Shown piece after piece: positions 24,401 to 33,400 of a stretch of 64,000 nucleotides of DNA. The stretch covers positions 265,882 through 329,881 of the forward strand of contig WJMO01000006.1 of assembly GCA_014727915.1 (NCBI GenBank), in the 5' to 3' direction. Source of the stretch: Candidatus Altiarchaeales archaeon. GTDB taxonomy: Archaea > Altiarchaeota > Altiarchaeia > IMC4 > SCGC-AAA252-I15. The number at the start of each line of letters is the position of its first letter. Within the stretch, counting starts at the first letter, position 1. The translations under genes were made by a program, and so were the position numbers. The notes below the pieces were generated by a model that was not told where the DNA came from, did no database searches, and saw only the letters and a program-made list of their open reading frames with translations.

Positions 24401-27400
24401 ATGAAAAGGGTGGTTTTTTGTGTTTTCTGGCTTTTAACCCTGAGCAGCCTAGCTTCGGCTGACGTCACATACACAATCCACCCCCAGGAGCACACGTTCA
24501 GGCCTGGGGAGACGGTCGAATACTTCATAACAGTCAGCAACACAGGAGGAGCGACCGAGACTGTTGACTTCGACGTCACAGGACTGACCCCCGGATTCTC
24601 CTCTACGGTAGTGTACAGGGACGATGAAATACTAGCAGGAGCCTCCATAGTCGCCACTATGAGGATAACCGCCAACATCGGCGTCTCAGAGGGCACATAC
24701 ACCAACCAGGTAGTGGTGACCCCCAGCAGCCAGGGACCGTTGAGCGTTGACAACATCATACTACCAGGGCGCGGGAACCCCGTGGTAGAGGGGGTGGTGA
24801 ACTTCTGCCGGGACAGCGACAACCTGGTGAAGATGTCCTGCTCTTCCACGGGATACTTCGACTCCGACGCCCTGTGCGGGGGAGCCCAGGTCGGGCATTG
24901 GGTCGAGTTCGGCGATGGAGTGGACGCGGGCAAGTGCACGGAGATCGTGGGGGCAACCTGCGGTAGCGAATGCTGGCCGCTAGGACACCCGTGTCTGGAG
25001 ATAGGCATACCGGTAGTAGCGGAACAGGGCTACGCGTTCATGGTGTGGGAGAGCGGATTAAGCTGCAACGAGTTCGCCACAACAACCACCACATCAACGA
25101 CAGTAACGACCACCTCAAGCACGGTGATAACCACGACCAGCACCAGCACCACGTCGACCACCATATACCAGCCGCCGACCGAGAACTGCTGCAACCAGGT
25201 CGACGACGACGGCGATCCGTGGATCGACGGCGAGGACACCGTAGACTGCCAGAAGGACAGAGGACTGAACGTGGGCTGGAACAACATATGCTGGGCGACT
25301 AGGTGGGACGACTACGCCCCCAGCTCGGACTACCAGTCCGGCGAGTACACCTGCCCGACGGACCACATCGTCTCGGAAGTCGAGATAATCCAGTACATGG
25401 AGGATTGCTGCGACTACTTCCGCATATACGACTCGAGCGACAGCATAGTACACCAGAGCAACGGAGATAACGGGTTCAGGACCATCGACGTCAGGGGGGC
25501 GAGCACCCAGAGCATATACTTCGAGTTCACAAGCGACGGAAGCAACGAATACGACGGCGTGAGGGTGAACAGGATAGAATGCGAGCACGTGTCAGACCAG
25601 TGCCGGGACACGTGCATCTCGGAAGGCTACCTGGACGGACAGTGCAGGGGCATCGACCTCTCGGGCACATCATGCACCAGCTACCTACCGGACAGCTTCT
25701 GCGAAGTGGACTACCTTGGAGAGATGTGCTGTGAAGGGTTCTCCGACGGCACAGACTGCCCGGACAGCTCCTACGATTTCTTCGAGTCATGCTGCGAGAC
25801 AAACGGAAAATTCCTGGGAGGCTACGACCCAATGGCCCCGTTGGACTGCGCCGGTGAGGGAGTAACATTCGAGTGCGTGGATGACAACAACTGCGACGGA
25901 CTAGTATGCCTTGGGACCACCCACATAGGGAGGACTCCCTGCCCGTTCCCCGACCAGCAGCAGTGCTGCTGCAGTGGAACGCCCCAGACCACAACCACTA
26001 CGACCATAGTGTCCGCTCCGGAGGTCTGCTGCAACGACTACGACGACGACTACGACGGCTTGGAGGACGGAGAGGACGAGACGGACTGCAACGGAGACGT
26101 CACCCTGGAGGCTGGAGCGAACAGCGTATGCTGGTGGACGCGGTGGGACAACTACGCCTCTAGCTCGGACTACCAGTCCGGCCTCTACACCTGCCCGGCA
26201 GACCACATAGTTACAGACGTGGACGTCACGCAGGACATGGAAACATGCTGCGACTACTTTGAGATACTAGACGACACCGGAGCAGAGCTTCACAGCAGCT
26301 ACGGCCACTTCGGGGACAGGGTGATAGACCTTTCCACGCACAAGAAGCAGAGCATAAGGTTCCACTTCACCAGCGACATAAGCCAGGAATACGACGGCGT
26401 GAAGATAAACTCGATAACATGCGTGGAATACGTGGGCCCAACGACGACTTCGACCACATCCTCGACGGTGACCACATCAACCCTGCCCGGCGGATGCCTG
26501 GACATGGACGCGACACAGTACTGCGCGGTGACTGGCGGGCGCACGTTCACGGGAGAGTACATAACACGCGTGGACATTCATGGAATAGACCGCTCTTCGG
26601 GGCAGGAACGCTACCTGGACGCTACGGACAGCGTCACGGACCCGCTAGTGAAGACCGGAGTATACATGCTAAGGCTCTACTATCCGGCGGCTACAGGCCA
26701 GGCCGGCGACTGCTTCGCGGCCTGGTTCGACTGGAACCAAGACGACAACTTCGACGACGGAACGGAAAGGATCAGCCTTGGCTGCGCCCACACCGGCTCA
26801 GACCACATAGACGGTTTCGTCGGAGTACCATCGTCCGCGGTGAACGGGCCGACGATGTTCAGGATCATGGGCGAGGACGGCACACCCCCAGGCCCCTGCA
26901 CGGACCCGAGCTTCAACGAGATAGAGGATTACTCGGCATGCATAACGGACACAGGAACCCCGGCAACGACAACGACAACGACATCCACAACCCTGCCAGG
27001 GCCCGAGCTGATAATATCGGACGTCATAGTTTCGCCGAACCCGCCGGTGGCGGGGCAGAACAACGACCTCCAAGTCACCGTAAAGAACCTTGGCGTGGTG
27101 GAGGTCACAAACACTGACCTTTACATTTCATTCAAGGCCCAGGGAACAAGCTGCGGATGGACCAGCAAGTTCGTCTCTTCACTACCTTACAACGGAGAGA
27201 CCGTGTTCAGCGGGTTGTCCTACTTCATCGACACGGCCAGCGTAGGGAACGACCTGCTGATCGACGTCGACGTCAACCCCAACCTATGCGGGAGCGATAG
27301 GAACTATGTCAGCGAGGTCTTCGAGGACAACAACCAGTGGAATGCGGGCGCGGTAGAATCCCCGCCGATGCCGGACCTGATAATAACCGACGTGCAGCCG

Positions 27401-30400
27401 AGCCCGGACCCGCCGGAAGGGGACGCAACGAACAGCTTTGACGTGACAGTCAAGAACGTGGGAAGCGACAGCACAGGATCGGCCACAACATACCTTTCGG
27501 CTGATGTGGCCGGCACCAGCTGCCAGGAGACGAGCATATTCCTGAACGACCTCGCCCCGAACTCCCAGCAGACCTATACGATGAGCTTCTTCATCAACGC
27601 CGGAAGCGCGGGGCAGCCCATATACTTCGACGTCGACTACGGGCCGAATCTATGCGGTTATTTCAGGAGCTACATCACAGAGGAGGATGAGACAAACAAC
27701 GGATTCATAGGGCCGACCGTCCTGCCAGATACCATGGGATTGAGGAACCCTGGCTTCGAATCCGGGAGTGGCGCGGACGCGGACAACTGGGATGAAAGCT
27801 TCGCCAGTGCGGATAGGTCGAGCGACAGGTCGCATGACTCCACATATTCCATGAAGTTCATAGCCCCCAACACACCCCAGTCGGTGTTCCAGGAGACGGT
27901 TAGGGTTCTGCCAAACGTCGAATACCGCCTTGGAGGGTGGATATACGACAGCCTGACATCGGGTAACGCATACCTGGACCTGAACGACATAGGAGAGGAG
28001 TGCGAAGCCGGTTCGACGCTTAACGGCCAGTGGGAGCACGTGGAATGCACGTTCACAACGGGCAGCAGCAGAGAGATCGTCACCGTCCGTATGGTCACCG
28101 ACGGCTCCATCGCAGGGAACACAGGCAACGTATGGTTCGACGACCTGGAGCTGGAGCCTGCCGCGGCGGCGCCGGAGGTCTGCTGCAACGACGCGGACGA
28201 CGACTTCGACTCGTTGGAGGACGGCGAGGACATGGTGGACTGCAGCCAACCAGCCGTTTCGCTCTCCCCAGGATCTAACAGCGTTTGCTGGTGGACGCGG
28301 TGGAACGACTACGAACCGGGTTCAAGCTACAAGTCCTTCACCTTCGAATGCCCGAGCGGATACCACGTGAGCGAGCTGAACATGGACGTCGACACCGAGG
28401 CCAACAATGACGTCATAAGCATCTACGACGACTACACAAACTTCCTGCTGGCGGAGAGGAGCGGGAGCAGGCCCTCGGAGACCGTCGACGTGTCCGAGTT
28501 CAAGAAGGGCAGCGTGCACATGTGGTTCAGCAGCGACAGCAACACACAATACGACGGGGTCAAGGTGAACACGATCACATGCGGCCAGAGCCTGGACACC
28601 TGCGACGCGGAATGCCTGTCAAGGGGTTTCGACTCCGGAACGTGCCGGCCCATAGACTTGTCAGGGACCTTCTGCAGGGAATTCCTCCCTGATACCTGGT
28701 GCACAATAGACGATCCGGGCGGGAACCTCTGCTGCGAGGGCCCCGCGGACACGGACCTGGACTGCGCCAACGACCCGTACATGTTCTACTCGGCATGCTG
28801 CGGGCAGAACGGGGAATACCTGACGGAATACGACCCTATGGGTCCGGCTAACTGCGGCTTTGAGGGAAGCACCTTCTGGTGCGCAGCCACGGACCCTTGC
28901 AACGGCGTCTGCCTCGGGGACAGACACATCGGAAGGACGCCCTGTGCGGACCCGGACAATGAGGTGTGCTGCTGCGCGGGCATCGGTCCCACGACCACAA
29001 CATTGGGTGTGGCAACAGAGATCTGCTGCAACGACTTCGACGACGACACGGACGGGTTGGAGGACGGAGAGGACGAATCAGACTGCGACATGGACGTCAA
29101 CCTGAACACCGGGACAAACAACGTGTGCTGGTGGACGCGGTGGAACGACTACGCATTCGGCTCCAACTACGGGTCGGGATGGTACATATGCCCGGCGGGG
29201 AACATAGTGTCGGAGGTCAGCATAACCCAGGACATGGAAAGCTGCTGCGACTACTTCAGCATATACAATTCAGGCAATACAATCATAGATTCGAGCAACG
29301 GGCAGCAGGGAACTAGGACTTTGGACCTGTCAGCGGACGGCACAGACAGGATAAGGTTCGAGTTCACAAGCGATGGGAGCGTCCAATATGACGGGGTGAA
29401 GGTCCACACGATCACCTGCTTTGAGCCCACGCCAGAGGACTGCTGCAATGGCATAGACGACGACACGGACGGGTTAATGGACGGGGAAGACGAGGCAGAC
29501 TGCGGTGGGGGAGTGGCGATGCTCAGCAACACCGTTAATCCGATATGCTGGTGGACGCGGTGGGACGACTACTCACCTTTCTCAGACTATAACTCCCCCG
29601 TCTACGAGTGCCCTTTGAACAGCAAGGTGACGGATGTCGAGGTGGACCTGCAGACGGAGGGAGGTTATGACTACTTCAGGATATACGATGACGACGGGGA
29701 CGTTCTCTTGGAGGAGTTGGACGGGCAGTTCGGACTGTATACCGCAGACATCTCAAGCGACGACGCCAGGAGCATCTACTTCAACTTCTACAGCAACAGC
29801 GGAATCGAATATGACGGTGTAAAAATCAACAGCATAACCTGCGCGCAGATGACGACTACCACCTCGACCACCCTGCCGACAGCGATAACCGAGGGCGTGG
29901 TGGACGAGTGCGACGACACGGTCGACGGCGCGGGAACGTTCTGCGTCAGCGGGGAGGGCTTCAGCTCGGCAGCCCTGTGCGGCGGAGTCCAGGCAGGCGA
30001 CTGGGTCGGATTCCACACGGGATACGAGAGCGGCAGGTGCCTGGAGGTGGACACGACATTCTGCACTCCCTGCTTCGGAGGCTCCAACGACTGCATATAC
30101 TTCAACGAGGTCTTCCCCTTGACGATACAGCAGGGCGACCAGTTCAAAGTATGGGATAGTCTTACCGACTGCCTCGACGACGTGCCCGCGATACCCGCGG
30201 GGACCAACCTGGAGATAGTGAAGCTGGGCTCGAGCTGGGGGCAGATAGGCACGTACAACTCCGTGGACTTGAACGCGTATGTCAAGAACACCGGCACAGC
30301 CAACGCCGCCGCCACATTGTACGCGGACTTCCTGGTGGAGCACCCCAACGGCGACACCTGCCTCGCGGACACCCGAAGCACGGCATTGAACCCGAGAGAG

Positions 30401-33400
30401 GTCGGAAAGTTCACAGTACTATGGGACACTGACATAGACGTGGGTACTAACACGGTGACTGCATTCATCGACAAGGACAACACCTGCGGCAGCGGCCATG
30501 ACACGAACTCGGAGACTGATGAAACAGACAATTCGATCGTCGAAACGTTCGACGTGGCAGGCCCCGACCTGGTGATAACCGACGTATCAACCTCCCCGGA
30601 CCCTTTGGATGAGGGGAGCAACGACATCACCGTTACGGTCGAGAACATCGGTGGATCGACAGCATACGACCCGATAACGGTTAAGGTAAACGTTCCCGGG
30701 GAGCCGTGCGCCAGCGCGAACACGTTCGGACAGATGGACCCGGGACAGACTGAGACGGTCAGCATAAGCGGGTACGTGCTGAGCGCCAACGCAGGAGGCC
30801 GGCAGCTGAATGCGTCAGTTGACGCTAACCCGGACGTCTGCGGCCAGGACAGCGACAACACCCCATACGAGGAGGACGAGAGCAACAACGAATACGCGGA
30901 CGGCATAGTCGCCGGGGGAGGCCCCGACCTGCAGATAACCGACCTGCAGCTTAGCGACACAACACCCGCGAAAGGAGATTACATAACGTTCACCGCGACC
31001 GTGGAGAACACCGGGTCCTTCGAGACTACCATCGGTTGGATATACGTGGACATGGTCTTGGACGACGGGAGCTGCCTGTGCACGGGCAACGCATACGTGA
31101 ACATGCAGCCGGGTGACGCGAGGACTTTCAGCTGCGGGTGGACCGTGAACAAGGTGGGGACGCGCACAATAACGGCCATCGTCGACGGGCCGAACGACGA
31201 TAACAGCTGCGCCAACCACGATTACATCGACGAGATGAGCGAGACCAACAACGGCTTCCCGTACAACGTGGACATCGCCGGACCCGACCTGGTCATCGAG
31301 AACTTCCAGATGACACCCGCAAGCCCAGCATACAACGAGCAGGTGACGTTGAGCGCGGACGTCCGGAACACCGGGACCACAGCCACGGGTTGGGGCACCA
31401 AGTACATCTACTTCTCGCTCGATGACGGGATATGCCCCAGCATAGGCAACACCTACAGGAACCTCGACATCGCCGCTGGAGGGGTAGAGTCTTTCTCCCG
31501 GACATGGAACGCAAACACGAGGGGAACACGCACGATAACAGCGTCCGTAGACTCTAAAACACCCTGCGCCAACTACGACAACACCCCCGAGACCGACGAA
31601 TCGAACAACAACGCGACCACCGCCCCCTTCCACATACCGGGTCCGGACCTCCAGATAAGCAACCTAGTCATAAGCGACATGACACCCGCCATGGGGGACA
31701 GCGTTACCTTCACGGCTACCGTAGTGAACACCGGCGACGAAGCGACCAGCGGGAACAAGTACATCAAGTACGTGACGAACGAGAGCGAATGCCTCATCGC
31801 CACCTCGAAGAACGTGAACCTCGCCGCGGGCGGAGGCACCGACACCATAACGGGGAACTGGAACGTGAACGTCGCTGGGAAGCAGACGATAACGGCGATG
31901 ATAGACCGGAACCACGTTTGCGCCAACTACGACTACACCGACGAGACCGACGAGGGCAACAACAACTTCACGTCCACGCTGGTGGACATAACGCCCCCCG
32001 ACCTGGTAGTGGAGAGCCTCGAGTTCATACCATCAGACCCGGGAATAGGGGAGAATGTGATACTGAGAGCGACCATCAGGAACGACGGCACCGCAAAGGC
32101 GGTTAACAGTATCTATGTGATGTTCCAGAACGCCACCAGCTGCATAGGATACAGGAGCACCAGTTTGGACATCAACCCAGGGCAGAGCTACCAGATGTCT
32201 GATTACACCTGGAGCATGAAGTGGCCGGGCACCCAGACGATAACAGCCACCGTAGACAGGGACATCGCGGGATGCAATTGGAACTTCGACTACAACGCCG
32301 AAGCGGACGAGACAAACAACGAGCTGGCGAACACGTTCACTGTTTTGCAGCCGGACCTGATAATAGAGTCCCTGCAGGTGGAGCCTGCGAGCCCCGGAAC
32401 CAACGAGTACGTAACGTTCAGGGCTACCGTGGGGAACCAAGGACCGGGCACCGCAGGATACACTATACAGGTAGGATTCAAGAACGCTACAACCTGCATC
32501 GCGACCTCCCTCTCCTCCAATGACATACCTCCAGGCGGGAGCCTCGACATAACGCACAGCAGATACTGGAGGTGGCCCGGGGCGCAGACCCTGACTGCCT
32601 ACGTGGACACGGAAGTGCCAGCTTGCAGCTGGTACTTCGACAACCACCCCGACGAATTGGACGAAGGCAACAACGACTTGTCAACCACGTTCACCGTCCT
32701 CCAACCCGACCTGGAGATAGTCAACGTCGTCCCGGACCCTGACCCCCCGGCGCCGGGAGCCAACTACTTCGACATAACCGTCCGAAACAACGGGCCAGGG
32801 ACCGCGGGCGGGAACATAGTTGTGACTTACAAGTCGCCGGGTACATCCTGTGTGTCAAGGTCCACCGGCACGGACATACCATCGGGCGGGGAGTACACGT
32901 TCAACAACCAATACTACAACATGCAGGCCGCGAGCGCAGGGCAGGGTGTCATGTTCGACGTGGACAAGGCGGACAGCCTATGCGGCAACGACCAAGACAA
33001 CAACATTGAGACCGACGAGACCAACAACGAATACCAGATCGGCTCAGTATCCCTGCCAGACCTGGTGGTAAGCAACGTGGCCACCAGCCCGGACCCGCTT
33101 GCGGCAGGGCAGTGGAACGACCTGGACATAACCATAGAGAACCAGGGAGCCGGGCCGACGGACAGCAGCTACATATACACGTCCGTGATAGCCCAGGGTT
33201 CGAACTGCAACAACTACAACACCCCCTATAACCTACACCTCGCCCCCGGGGAATCATACACGTACAACGTACAATACTACATATACGGGTCAAGCTCTGG
33301 GGAGAACCTAGTCGCGTCGGTGGACGCGAGCCCCAGCGTCTGCGGAGGAACCAGCTACAACTACAACATAGAGTCGGACGAGACCAACAACCAGCACACC

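Noticed and set aside
29788-31633. Long minus-strand ORFs (390 aa and 272 aa) inside the giant gene, and many similar ORFs at 24382..33449.
   Set aside because: They are antisense or alternative frames of a 9-kb ORF with clear domain periodicity. Their translations are low-complexity (S/V/P/R-rich).
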